Positions 12,367-24,449 of a stretch of 64,000 nt of DNA are shown here, in pieces (the stretch's first letter is position 1; each line of letters opens with the position of its first letter). The stretch lies in contig OZ281496.1 in NCBI GenBank assembly GCA_965637545.1, forward strand, positions 12,028,001-12,092,000. The letters run 5' to 3'. Below the pieces are notes generated by a model. The model saw only the letters and a program-made list of their open reading frames with translations. It was not told the DNA's origin and searched no databases. The translations under genes and the position numbers were made by a program. The DNA is from Phallusia mammillata (Eukaryota).

Positions 12367-13293
12367 GTGTCCGAGTGCTGCGAGGAAATTTTATTTATCG
12401 GTAAACTTACAACATCCTTGCAAAGAGACAAAAAACAACTTTATGAATGTGGGTTATATGAGATATGCTTCAGACGTAAATTTACCCTTAAAATTTTCAT
12501 GATGAATCACAAAAGGAAGAAATCACATCGATGCCTTGTTTGTGCAAAAGGGTTTTGTCATGTTGGAAATTTAAATAGACACATGCTGACTCACACTGGA
12601 GAGAAACCGCACCTATGTAATGTGTGTGGAAAAAGTTTTAGTACTGTTGGAAATTTCAATGCACACATGTTGACTCACACTGGAGAAAAACCATATCGAT
12701 GTAATGTGTGTGAAAAAATGTTTCGTCAAGTTGGACATTTGAAAAGACACGCGTTGTCTCACACTGGAGAGAAACCGCACCTATGTAATGTTTGTGGAAA
12801 AAGTTTTAGTACTGTTGGAAATTTCAATGCACACATGTTGACTCACACTGGAAAAAAACCATTTCGATGTGATGTGTGTGAAAAAATGTTTCGTCAAGTT
12901 GGACATTTGAAAAGACACCTGTTGACTCACACTGGAGAGAAACCACATCGATGTGTGGTTTGTGAGAAACAGTTTAGTGAAGTTGGAGATTTGAAAAAAC
13001 ACATGTTGACTCACACTGGTGAAAAACCACATCGATGCAATGTTTGCAACAAAAGCTTTGGCCAAAAAGTAGGAGTAAAAATGCACATGAGGATTCACAC
13101 TGATGAGAAACCTCACCATTGTTATGTTTGTGAAAAAAGATTTCGCCAAGTCGGACATTTGAAATCACACATGATAACTCACACTGTTGATAAACTTTAT
13201 CCGTGTAATGTTTGCGAACAAGAATTTAGTCGAATGGGAACAATAAAAATACACATGTTGACTCACAGTAAAGAAAATCCGCGTCAATATTAG
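12367..13293 (+). CDS. C2H2 zinc-finger array protein (9 intact fingers)
   Basis: Nine CX2CX12HX3H fingers with TGEKP-type linkers in an open frame. First in-frame ATG at 12499; upstream exons are possible. Fingers 2-3 and 4-5 are a near-identical tandem duplication. Confidence 0.85.
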   Translation: MSECCEEILFIGKLTTSLQRDKKQLYECGLYEICFRRKFTLKIFMMNHKRKKSHRCLVCAKGFCHVGNLNRHMLTHTGEKPHLCNVCGKSFSTVGNFNAHMLTHTGEKPYRCNVCEKMFRQVGHLKRHALSHTGEKPHLCNVCGKSFSTVGNFNAHMLTHTGKKPFRCDVCEKMFRQVGHLKRHLLTHTGEKPHRCVVCEKQFSEVGDLKKHMLTHTGEKPHRCNVCNKSFGQKVGVKMHMRIHTDEKPHHCYVCEKRFRQVGHLKSHMITHTVDKLYPCNVCEQEFSRMGTIKIHMLTHSKENPRQY

Positions 13294-13571
13294 TTTTGGA
13301 CCGAATGTTTTAGTGCCAAACATGTTAGGATTCATACCCAGAACCTTATCAAAATTCCCTGGGTAAAATATTTTAGCCAGAAATACTGTCAGTTGCGTAT
13401 TTTTTTCAACATTCTTATTAAAACATATGTTGCAATGTCGTAAGGTAGTGTTCAAGTACCTAATGATTTGCTTTTTTATTCTTCCCGAGTTATTGTAACA
13501 CGTTGTAACTTGACTATACATTCGCGTTTGCTGACTTATCTGAGACGCATACACTGAGACAGACGCTAAGG

Positions 13572-13880
13572 CAGGGTTTTTTAACCAGGGGGTACGTCAG
13601 TCATTGTAAAATTATTTGCTATTTAAGGATATTTGTGAAGAACGCGTAACAAGTTACTTTGCTATATGTATTTGATTTCAATTGAGTGATTGTTAGTGTG
13701 CTATAAATATTGTTGAACTTACAAGACTATTTTAATGCATGCATTCAACACGTAAGTTATAAATACACTGAGTTTAATTCCTATTATTGTTTACTTCCGT
13801 CGACCATTGGAGACAGGGGGTACAAGAAAATGTCATGAAAGCTTAAGGGGTACGAGCGCTAAAAAGGTTAAGAAACATTG
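13572..13880. mobile_element. hAT MITE
   Basis: TIRs CAGGGTTTTTTAACC / GGTTAAGAAACATTG; degenerate TSD CGCTAAGG / CAGTAAGG. Confidence 0.7.
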
Positions 13881-14022
13881 CAGTAAGGGTTTCACCCATA
13901 CCAAGACTAGAGAAGTTTATACCTACGTCATATCGTGTTTGTCTTGTATACTTTAAGATGTGTTTAGTCGCCGAGTCATATTACGTATTCTCTTCAACGT
14001 CAACGACGCACAACCTATAAAG

Positions 14023-14540
14023 CAGTGCTTCCCAACCTTTTCCAGCTCACGGCCCACTTAAAAAAAAAATTTTGGCGGACCACCGTTTAATATTGCGATA
14101 AAATCACAATGAAAAAGTAACTAAAATTAAGAAAGAAAAATAATAACCGCAGAAGCAATACTTACTTGCTGGTTTGACATGACGAGATCAAGTCGGAATT
14201 TATTGGGAGACAAGCTCACAGTGTTAAGACTGTTTCGTGTGTTCAATTTCGTTATAGTTACTAATACAAGTGGTGTTGTGATGCGACAATTGCAGTTTAG
14301 GTACTGCTATGACGTAACAATTGCAGTTTATTTGTGTGATAAAGCTTTGCTTAACGTGAAATCTTAAGCGGCTTCCATAGGGACTAATATTTTATTTTAG
14401 AGAAATATAGTTAACTTGAAAGTACGTTCACACAAACTGTGTAACTTTTTTGAACTGTGTAATTTTTAGGATGGTAATAGTTTGAAAAGCTACGCGGCCC
14501 ACCAAAAAGAACGTCGCGGCCCACCGGTTGGGAAGCGCTG
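14023..14540. mobile_element. hAT MITE
   Basis: TIRs CAGTGCTTCCCAACC / GGTTGGGAAGCGCTG; perfect 8-bp TSD CTATAAAG. Confidence 0.9.
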
Positions 14541-16071
14541 CTATAAAGGATATAGCTTTGGGTGGCTGGAACATAATTTTCTTTACGGTTAAGACACCAG
14601 CAGACTACAGGCCACATAAATTTGCTATTTCCTGATTTTCTTTTTGAGTGGTGTGTCTTTTTGAGTGGTGATTTCTTTTTGAGTAGCAATGTACAATCAT
14701 GTAGCGGCCTCTCTCCCTATGATTATTTTGTTCTTGCATACCTCCAGCGAACGGGACAGATAGCCTTCTTTTTTTACTCTTGTCCTACGCGTCGTATTCC
14801 TACATTGTGGTATTCTATTTTTGTGAACCTCGAATATCTCGCTACAAGTTAATTTAAATATCAGTCAGAAAAAGGGACAGAATTGAAGGTGTGAAGTGTG
14901 AGCTATGGTTATTAGATCATGACAAAGTAAAATGTACTTGGACATCTATGAATCAAAACATGCATGTAACTTTTCTCTGGCATATTTGTACCCTATAGGC
15001 CTAATTAGTATGCGCACGATTAGACGAAAACAGCTGCCGAACTCCACGCAGGAGAACAATGTAAACACGTGTGCATTGACAAATGAAAAAAGGCACCTTT
15101 TATGTTCGTAAGTTGTTAGCGAACTTTTTAACATTGTGTCGAAAATGTGTTGACATGGGCAGGTTGGCGTATTTTAAACTTCACCTAGGCTTAACGAAGT
15201 AGTTTAAATTACAAAAATGTGATAAGCTAAGTCTGTGTTTTTCAACCTTTTTTTCTTGTAGCGCCCCTTTTACGTGTTCGTAATTTATAAACGCCCCCTC
15301 AAAGCTGACAAAATCAAAACGATCTTGTTTCGCGATCAACTTCAATGCGATAATTGAGAGCAGAATGTTGAACAAGCTATATTTTAGCACTTAATCATAA
15401 AAATTCTAATGGTTAATTCAACATGACACCACTAACTGCAGACAGTGCCCATTGCTTTTAGCTTGGTACCCGTGAAGGGCTAAAACTGCAATTGTTTTGT
15501 TTGCTGTAAAAAAAAAACAATGTAGCAAGCGCAAACGTGTGCGGTGATCTAGCCTAAGCAACAGGTGTATATGCAAGGTGCAGAAACAATTTTTAGTGGG
15601 GTCACAAGTACTTAAAATGCGAAAAAGACATAAAAAATGCACATGACACAACTATTCGCTGCATTGATGTCAGTATACTTTATACACAGGGTTCCTATCG
15701 AGGTGGACCTCAAAGTACTGACAACCGATTTCATACGTAACGAAACAAACGTTTTTAAACAAAAAAATGCTTTTATACTAGCCAGTGGCGGCTCGTGCCT
15801 ACAATTTCTGGGGATGCTGCTCCAAATTTTAGCCTTTATTAGACATGTATAAGTTGGCCACATTTCTAGCTTTCTAGGCATGTTTTGTGTAGAAAAACAA
15901 GTAATACAAATCTTAATTAGCAACTCCATTTTGACGGAATTTGCAGAGCACAGCTCCACTATAACTTATTGACGCCATAATTTCTTTTAAAACAATTTAA
16001 AAAATGCCGATCAAGGCGGAAGTTATGCTTATTATATATTGCTAAAGAATAAAAAAGAAAAGTTTCGATAA

Positions 16072-16119
16072 AAAACGCTCACTGATGATGACAATTTTTT
16101 TTTGTCGAAACGTCTGTTT
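16072..16119 (+). ncRNA. Minimal type I hammerhead ribozyme, Penelope-type
   Basis: CTGATGA-T-GACAA(T-run)TTGTC-GAAAC-GTC core with a palindromic ACGT helix III. Helix I is only partly paired. Downstream CCTTGGCA and AATAAA resemble the 39.4-kb copy. Confidence 0.7.
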
Positions 16120-17510
16120 AAAAAAATGAGTACGTTTTATTCTACATCCTTGGCAATTTGGTTTTTAATAAATGTTTCCAATTAATTAATTACTTCTTTA
16201 CATAATCAACGGATAGATGCACAACCTACGTGAGAGTGTTTTGTTGTCCCATATAGTTTTAGTCGAGTATAGAGATGTAAATAATCCACGGCGAGCAAAC
16301 CGTTCATGTAAGGTTGCGTGGCGTAATGTGATGCATTAAAATTGTTTTTAACACCATGAGCGCAAGACGACCGATTTCAGGCATCGGCTATCAGACGGAT
16401 AATGTGGAATCGGGTTTGGATGTAGCTTGACAAAACAAAACTATGACATTTATTACCAAAACAATAAAATAATGGTTGCAACCACTGATCTCTATAAACA
16501 CTGGATTGCGCTACTCCGTTGAACGGTTGGGTGATTTTTAAAGCAAATTAAACGGGCAATGGAGAGAGAGTGGAAAAATTACGATAATTTTTTTTTTAGT
16601 GGTTTGTGTAGCGATTTTTTCAGATATGATTTGTAGATTAATAGGACGCATGTATTCCAGTGTGTAATAACCAATAAATATGCGTATACTGTGATGTGTA
16701 TTAGTGTATGTGTACTGGGAAAACATTATTCAGTTGATATTGAAATAAATCATTATTAAGTGGTAATAAATGTTTTATTGTGCAATATAAGTAGTTTACA
16801 TGCATTTATTAATATTTAAGACGCAAATCCAACAAGAATGGCTATTTTCTTCACACAAGACGATGTAATACTTTATTCAGCATCACCTTGTGCTGATCCA
16901 AACTGCTGTTTTTGATTGTCAGCAAAGTCTTGGAGCTAAAATATGGCTGTTTAAGAGTTTTATTTTTGTAGTAGGTTCAACATTATTTTGCTTCTATGTT
17001 ACAAACCATAAATCTAGTAAGCTCACAATTAGCTCATTTTATCTACACTTTTCAGTTTGCAAGCAACATGTGTTGAATAAATTTTTTCTGATGTTGTGAG
17101 TTCTCAAACTACAAACTGTTAACAAAATTCCAATATCTCAAAGAGATACATGTGCATATAAATGCATTTAAGACATCATAGCAGTTAAGAGTGGACAAGT
17201 ATAACTACCTAAATGAGTTGCCTATTTATGTACTATTTTAGTCAGAATCATGAAATATTGTTTTTATTCTTTTTAATAAGCAGGTTTCTGCAAAAACACG
17301 TCTACACACCAGTTATCACAAACACTTAAATTCTTGCTAAACAAGTCAACAAATACACCTACCAAGGTCATACAGATATCCTGTAGTTATTGCCAGATGT
17401 ATCACCATTATTGGTGAGCGCATTATAACAGATGGTGCATTCACAAAATAAAAAAACAGCAACCTCAAAGTTGTTTAATTTTAAAATGTGCAGCATATCA
17501 TGTTATAGGC

Positions 17511-20132
17511 CAGGGGTGGGGAACCTGCGGCCTAAAGGCCGCATGCGGCCTATTGGGCCAGCAAGTGCGGCCTACGCGCATTCTTGTTGTTTTGTGCAAA
17601 ATGTCTGTGGTTAGTCAAACCTAAAGCAACGTAATTGTTTTATCTTATTGCAAACAAAAAATCATTGCGTAAGCATCAACATTGTGCACCAATGCTTCAG
17701 TATTATATTTCCAGTGAAGTTGAGCATGTTAGCCTGTAACTCCAGTATGGCAAAGAAACTGAAACGAAGTTTAAAGGAAGAAAAAAGGATTTTCAATGAA
17801 GAATGGGAATTACAATATTTTCTTGTAAGTACTGGATGCAAAATGACTTGTCTGCTTTGCGATTCCACAATTTTAACAGTTAAAAAATTCAATGCCCATC
17901 AGCATTATACCCTTCACAAAGACAATAAGTATGCCATGTTAGAAGGCGAGTCCCGAAAGATAGCGTTGCTGAAACTCAAAGATGGTAGAACAAAGCAAAA
18001 GCAGTTTTTTCAAACTGTGTTTCAACAAGAGAATAAAGCTACAGAAGCCAGCTATAAAGTTGCTTATTTGCTGGGAAGGAAAGGTAAACCATTCATCGAT
18101 TCAGAACTCATAAAGGAATGTATTTTAGAAGTTGTAAAATGTATAGATCCAGAAAATCTTAACAAATACAAGGAGGACAAACGCAGATCGCCAGCATGAA
18201 TTAGCATCTGATGTCACAGATCAGCTGAAAACTATAGTCCAAAAAGAAAATGTATTTTACTCTTTAGCTTTAGATGAGTCGACAGACTCTACCGATTCAG
18301 CGCAAGTGTTGTACTTTATTCGTGCTATAACTGGAGATTTTGAACTGTATGAAGAATTGCTAGCTTTGGGCACTCTCAAGGGAAGGACGCGGGGTATAGA
18401 TGTTTTCAACAACTTCAAAGAGCAATGTCAAAAAGTGGGACTGAATATTAATAATTTGGAAAGTGTTTGCACAGATGGTGCTCCAGCTATGATTGCTAAA
18501 AAAGAAGGATTTGTTGCATATCTTAAAAGAGAAACAAAAGTTCCAGGTTCACTGATTTCTTTTCATTGCATTTTACATCAGCAAAATCTCTGTGCAAATC
18601 TGCCATTTTGAATGACACTTTGCAAAAAATTGTAGGCATTGTGAACTACATTAGAGCAAATGCTCAGAAGCACCGTCACTTTAGAAACATTCTTGCAATG
18701 GATGATGAAGTGAATAGTGTAGATTTGCCTTATCACTCAAAAGTACGCTGGCTGTCACAAGGAAAAGTAATTAAAATAATATCCCTACGAAAGCAAATAA
18801 TTGAGTTTTTCGAAGTTAACAGCAAGAGTTGCGAATGATCAGATCCAAACTTCTACCGAGACGTTGCATTTTTATGTGATGTGATGTCAAAACAAAATTA
18901 GTTGAACATATCCTTGCAAGGGAGTAATAAGTCTATTTATGAAATGTGGCAAAAGGTTCAGGCTTTTAGAAAAAAGTTGTTGTTTTTTAAGTCTCTTCTG
19001 GTTAAATCGAAACTTTCAGAGGAGCATTTCCCCCAGCTTACGAAAGTAATGAGCGAAAATGATAACCTCTCCGGGTCGTTTGAAGAATACGCGTCAGTGT
19101 TGGACTCATTAGTGTAAGAATATAACAGAAGATTTAGTGATTTTGAAAACCATAATATCATTCTGCAAATTGCTTTTCAGCCCCATTTAGTAGATGTGTC
19201 AATGGCTCCAGAAGAATTACAAATGGAACTTATTGAAATGTCTGAAGATAATATCATAAAATCCCAGTTTGAAAACCGGAACGATCCCATGGATATTTGG
19301 AAAAGTGCAATAGAGTATCCTCGTCTTCGTGAATATGCACGTCGGCTCATTTCTTGCTTTTCTACAACATACTGTTGTGAACCGACATTCTCGTACTTGA
19401 CGCAAATCAAGAATTCACTGAGAACTCAGTTAACCGACGAGCACTGGGAGACTCAATTGATACTAAGAACCACTAAGTTGGAACCTCATATCAAAATGCT
19501 TTCTCAAAAGAAGCAAAATCAAAAAAGTCACTAACTTAAAGCAGAGTTGTACTCGAATCAGGCCCTAATTAATAATGTTGTACATTTAAGTCGTAATTTA
19601 ACCTGGACAGATTTACCTTTTGGCAGTGGTTGAATTCGAAATTTTTGTCAGCCGGTTTTATCACAAAATTTATATTTTTCAGCCGGTTCTGATACAAAAA
19701 GTCCTTTGACAGTAACCAGTAATGCTGACTGGTTCGTTGATCTCATAAAATTTCGTAAGACGGTTCTATTGAACCGGCGCGAACTGGCTGAATCGCACCA
19801 CTGCCTTCTTGGCTTGTACTTTTTTTGGATCTCCATCATAAAACTCCGTTCAAGCTTACAAAAAATATTTGGAACTGCTCTGATTTCATTTGTTGTCATA
19901 CTTTTGTGACGTTACTGATAAATTACGAATCCTGTACAAAAAATAGAAAAAAAGTATTCATTGAAACCTGTAAATTACATTGTGTTGTTCTATTTACAAG
20001 CTCTTCCACAGTTCTGTTTTTGATTAAAACTGTTGCTGAAGTCCGTGTCTAGCGTTTTTTGTCAATGCGGCCTTTGCATGGGACGATGGATAGCTATGCG
20101 GCCTTCATGGCCAAAAAGGTTCCCCACCCCTG
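17511..20132 (+). mobile_element. Full-length SPIN/Buster-type hAT with disrupted transposase (about 17726-19534)
   Basis: Perfect TIR CAGGGGTGGGGAACC and TSD TTATAGGC. Motifs LALDESTDSTDSAQ, TDGAPAM, HCILHQQNL, VRWLS and TYCCEPTFS are spread over several frames. Confidence 0.93.
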
Positions 20133-20976
20133 TTATAGGCGGTGTCATAAATGATTACAAAACATACACATTGGAAGTAGAACAGTATTCACACACAAAA
20201 TATTTAATCTGATTCAAATCCCTTCGTAGTGTGTTTGTTGTCGAAAATAGCTGTATTGTAATCCTGCAGTGTCATAAAGCTTGAGGGTTTGGGAGGAGGC
20301 TGAAACATTTCCAGTGGAATTTTTCCAGAGACAATTAAGGTTGCTTATTGGAGAAACATAAACCCTGTTATGTCTGAAATGTTTGGAAACAAATTTATCA
20401 TAAATGTAAAATGGAATTGCAAAATTTCATAATGTCACCATGGCAAGATAATAAAGACCCAAACCAAATGCACTCAATCGAGAGAAAAAGTGAGGTCATA
20501 ATTTCCTGAAGTTTGATAACAGTCAAAAACAGCAGTTTGGATTAGCACAAGGTAATGTCACACAAAGAATTACATCATCTTGTGTGAAGGAAGTAGCCAT
20601 CTTGTTGAATTCATGTCTAAAATACTTAAAAAGCACGAAAACCACTTACATTGCACAATAAAACATTTATTTCCACTTAGTAATGATTTATTTCAACACT
20701 AACTTAATAACGTATATCCAGTACACCTACACTAATACACATCACAGTCAATCTACGCACATTTATAGGTTATTACAAACTAGAATGCATGCGTCCTATT
20801 AACCAAAAATTATACCTGCAAAAATCGCTATACAGATGCCTAAAATAAAAATTATCGTCATTTTTCCACTCTCTCCCCATTGCCCGCAATGCTTTTTTGG
20901 GGCTTCTTTTTCAGCCGCCTTTGCGCTTCAATTTGCTTCAACCGTGACGGCCAGTAGCGCAATCCAGGGTTTATAG

Positions 20977-23236
20977 CAGGGGTGGGGAACCTACTTTATG
21001 ATGAATTGCACCACAGTTTGGGCGGGCCAAATATTTTTTTATTTTCAATTCCGAATAAAATATCCAAAGCATTGTTTCATATTTTACGAGCGAAAAAAAA
21101 ACTCTTAGTGAGATGGCTGATAGTTCTTCTCCTTGGTGAGCCGTGCGATGTTTGCTGCAGTCGAAGATGTTGCTACTCGCAATTCCATTTCAACGTTTCA
21201 TCAGTTAATCTCGAGCGGAATCGACTCTTCGTGAGATTCAGTTTAGAAAAAAATTGTTCGCAGCAGTACGTGCTTCCAAAGAGGGACAAAAATTTGAGAC
21301 CATGTTTCCGCAGGATGGGAAAATCATCAGCATTTATATAGCGTTGATAAAAGTCGGCCAGCGGTGTGTTAAGATACATAGCTTTCAATGTATCATCAGA
21401 CTGGAGCTGAATTATTTCAAGTTGAAACTTACTAGGAACAGCAGCTGCAGTAACGTTGAAAGGAGTGGCAAAAATATCCAACTCTAGTTGCTTGATTTTC
21501 ATGTCCTGGAATTTTTCAGTAAAAACCTCAGAAATCTTTTCACATTCACGAGCATATTTAGAAGGTTTTTGCTCTTGTAAGATGGGAAAATGTGTGGTGT
21601 CATTATTTTGAAGTTGCACTTTCCACAGCTGTAACTTTGTTTCAAATGATTTCACTCTTGCAAACATGACGTGTAAAAGCTGGTTAGGCCCCTGTAGCTG
21701 CATATTGAGTTCGTTGTGATGCTTGCTGATGTCAACCATAAATGCGAGATCACACAACCATTGGCTGTTACTAAGTTCGTCGACAGGGTTTGCCTGCATA
21801 TCCATGAACTGACAGACTTCGCTTCGTAGCGAATAAAAGCGTGTTAACATGTCACTGCGACTCAACCAGCGGACCTCGCAATAGTAAATGAGATTGCAGT
21901 GATCCGCATCTAATACTTCCAAAAAATTTTTAAACAGGCGGCTGTTGAGGCTCCTGCTTTTGATAAAGTTGATACACTTCACTACTGTTGACATGACATT
22001 ACGAAGTTGAATTGACTTTGCACACAAGTTTTGTTGATGTATGATGCAAAGGCATAAAACTAAGGCATCTGCAGCAAGACCGCGAAGAGTCATTTCTTTT
22101 TTAACCAGTGCTGTTAATCATTTTTGTGAACCAATCATGGCTGGAGCACCATCTGTTGTAAGGCCACTTAACTTTTCAAACGAAAGATTAAATTTGCGCA
22201 TTGCCAAGATAAGTTTTTCAAACAAATCCTCACCACGCGTAGTTCCATGCATAGGTTCCAGTGACAACAAACCTTTATCTATTTTGAAATCGGAAGTTAC
22301 TGCTCGAATAAAGATTGCTAGCTGAGCTGTGTTTGTAATGTCAGTAGTCTCATCAAGGGCTAGCGCAAAAAATTCGAAACATTGAACTTTATGTTTCAGT
22401 GTCTTTTCAATATCATCTCCCATTTCCCAAATCCGATCTGACACGGTTCTTCTTGATAAACTAACTTTTTGAAACAATGTGACTTTGTCCGGAGCTAACA
22501 ACTTAGCAGCTGTAACAAGACATTCTTTCACAAATTCTTCCATGTGTGGCTTCAGCTTCTTTGCAATTAGGTTGCTTATTTCATAACTTGTTTGAATAAC
22601 ATCGTTATCGGTTTTGCAGTACCTTTGCAAAGTAGTTTGCTGCGCTTTTAAGCCTCCTTTGAGAACATTAATCTTATCCTGCCTAGCCTGCCCTGTTAAA
22701 TTCTTCAAATTACCATGGCAGGAGTCATAATGACGCTGCAGATTTGATTTTTTCTTTGCTGCGACATGTTTTCCACAAACAAGGCATACAGGTTTGTCAC
22801 TTATTTCAACGAAAACATAAGAGTTTGTCCATTCCTTTTGGAACACCCTAGCTTCATCACTGATCTTTCTTTTTTTGCAAGTAGCCATTTTCCAAGATTA
22901 AACTTTTGAACAACAATAAAAGGATCCAAAGTTTGTATAGCAAACTAATAGCTCTGAAATCAAATTAAAACTAGCACCACATGACGCATGATGTGTTACT
23001 GTAAGGAGAGACAGTCGAGTGGTTGTTACGTCACAGTGGTTGAATGTGTGGCAATTTGTACAGAAGTTTAACGTCATAAAGTTGAATGGAAAGATATTAA
23101 ATACAAATTACCAATAATTTTGATGTCATTTTAAGGGAATATTTGTTCATTAACATTTTATTTATGTTTGTACTGAACAAAATTGAGACGCGGGCCACAT
23201 TAAAAAGGCACGCGGGCCGCAGGTTCCCCACCCCTG
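20977..23236 (-). mobile_element. Full-length SPIN/Buster-type hAT with a lightly damaged transposase (22888 to about 21173)
   Basis: TIR CAGGGGTGGGGAACC and perfect TSD GTTTATAG. Motifs LALDETTDITNTAQL, TTDGAPAM, CIIHQQNLC, EVRWLS and TYCCEQFFS; ORF break near 22100. Confidence 0.93.
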
Positions 23237-23549
23237 GTTTATAGAGATCAGTGGTTGCAACCCAGTTTGATAAGTCAGTGTTTCTCAACTTTTTCCCTGT
23301 ACCGCCCCTTTTAGGTCTGCATAATTTATAAACGCAAGCACGTCACAACGCAACGAAAACACCCCGCGATAACGAATGATTGGGTCTCTAATCTTTAAGC
23401 AGGCGCCTTTAGCACGCTGAAAGCATCACATCAGATGCCATAGATGCCTGTGAACTTCGAGGATACTGTATGTTAAACACTTAGAATGAACAAAAGAGGC
23501 CAGCGAAAACTGTAAAATAGTCACAGCATTCATAAATTGGTTTCTTTCA

Positions 23550-23978
23550 GTTAAGATTTCTTTCAATGCTTGGTGGCCGGCTGATTCGGTATAGCGCCTT
23601 CAATGGGCCTGGCGTACTGTGATTTACTTATGAGTGTGCCGTGATCGCTGGTCTGCATAGACGCTTCAGGGCTGATCCCAGTTATGAATTTATGTTCTTC
23701 TTAACTGATACTGGTCAATCTGGCGATCCCCTACTACGAAGCTGACATGTGCAGCATACGAGGCAGGCAACGGTGCTTGTGATTCGACTTTTGGCGGATT
23801 CTCCAATGAGCCTGTGTAGCTCAGTTGGTAGAGCGCGAGTCCCGGAAAGACTCCTGTCGTGGGTTCGAATCCCACCGCAGGCTAGATTTTTCTAGCCTAC
23901 GCCTTGCCATATGGTGGTGAATGCTTGGTGGCCGGCTGATTCGGTATAGCGCCTTCAATGGGCCTGGCGTACTGTGAT
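23550..23978. mobile_element. Small retroposed element with identical 61-bp terminal direct repeats and an internal tRNA-like gene
   Basis: 61-bp repeat at 23565-23625 and 23920-23980; 13-bp TSD-like TTGGTTTCTTTCA at 23537-23549 and 23979-23991. Confidence 0.7.
23810..23883 (+). ncRNA. tRNA-like cloverleaf with Pol III A/B boxes and a T5 terminator (not a canonical tRNA)
   Basis: Acceptor stem GCCTGTG/CGCAGGC, D arm GCTC/GAGC, anticodon stem GAGTC/GACTC with loop CCGGAAA, T arm GTGGG-TTCGAAT-CCCAC. TTTTT at 23887-23891. Confidence 0.75.
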
Positions 23979-24449
23979 TTGGTTTCTTTCAACAATTAGC
24001 AAGAACCTGTTGGCTGATGCTGAAAAATGGCCTGGAATTGTAATGCAACACATCATCAGATCAAATAATGGAGCACGCATTACCATTTATAATATATCAT
24101 ACCTGTAGCAATTATAAATGGATTTTGGTCACCATTTTTAATTGTGTCTTGCAGCAGTCAGCCGTCCTGTAAAAAAGTAGATATATGAAGGTACAAAATA
24201 TAAATATATACTGCGCAGGAGGAAACCCCGGCTAGATGACGACACAGAAGAGGTAGTCTGTTGTACTAACTTTTGCAGTAGTAGGATTTTAAAAAACTGT
24301 TTAAAGGTCAAACGGAGATGGAACGAATGAAAAGCAAAAAAGATGGTGCGTTTTGTTCGGTTAATGGATTTGATGCGTAATTGCTTCGACGATCATTAAA
24401 AAACAGTTATTGCAATTATTAGAAAAACATTGAAGACCTTTGTAAAGCT

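Larger units (their letters stand above)
16474..23262. repeat. Pair of about 450-bp diverged inverted arms (16474-16920 versus 20520-20976 plus 23245-23262) enclosing two hAT insertions
   Basis: GGTTGCAACCACTGATCTCTATAAAC(A/C)CTGGATTGCGCTAC and the following sequence recur in reverse complement. The right arm is split by the 20977-23236 hAT. Confidence 0.75.

Noticed and set aside
12781-13554. Minus-strand ORFs over the zinc-finger array (also 50469-50744)
   Set aside because: Antisense shadows of the repetitive C2H2 coding sequence, with no independent coding signal.
17511-23236. Domesticated GTF2IRD2/EPM2AIP1/FAM200-type host genes
   Set aside because: The ORFs are bounded by TIRs and 8-bp TSDs and are disrupted, so they are transposons; the same applies to 47354-49977 (intact) and largely to 9478-11431.
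23810-23883. Functional tRNA-Ser(GGA)
   Set aside because: C33, an extra base before the anticodon stem, no long variable arm and an anticodon not normally used in eukaryotes; it also sits within a TSD-bounded insertion.
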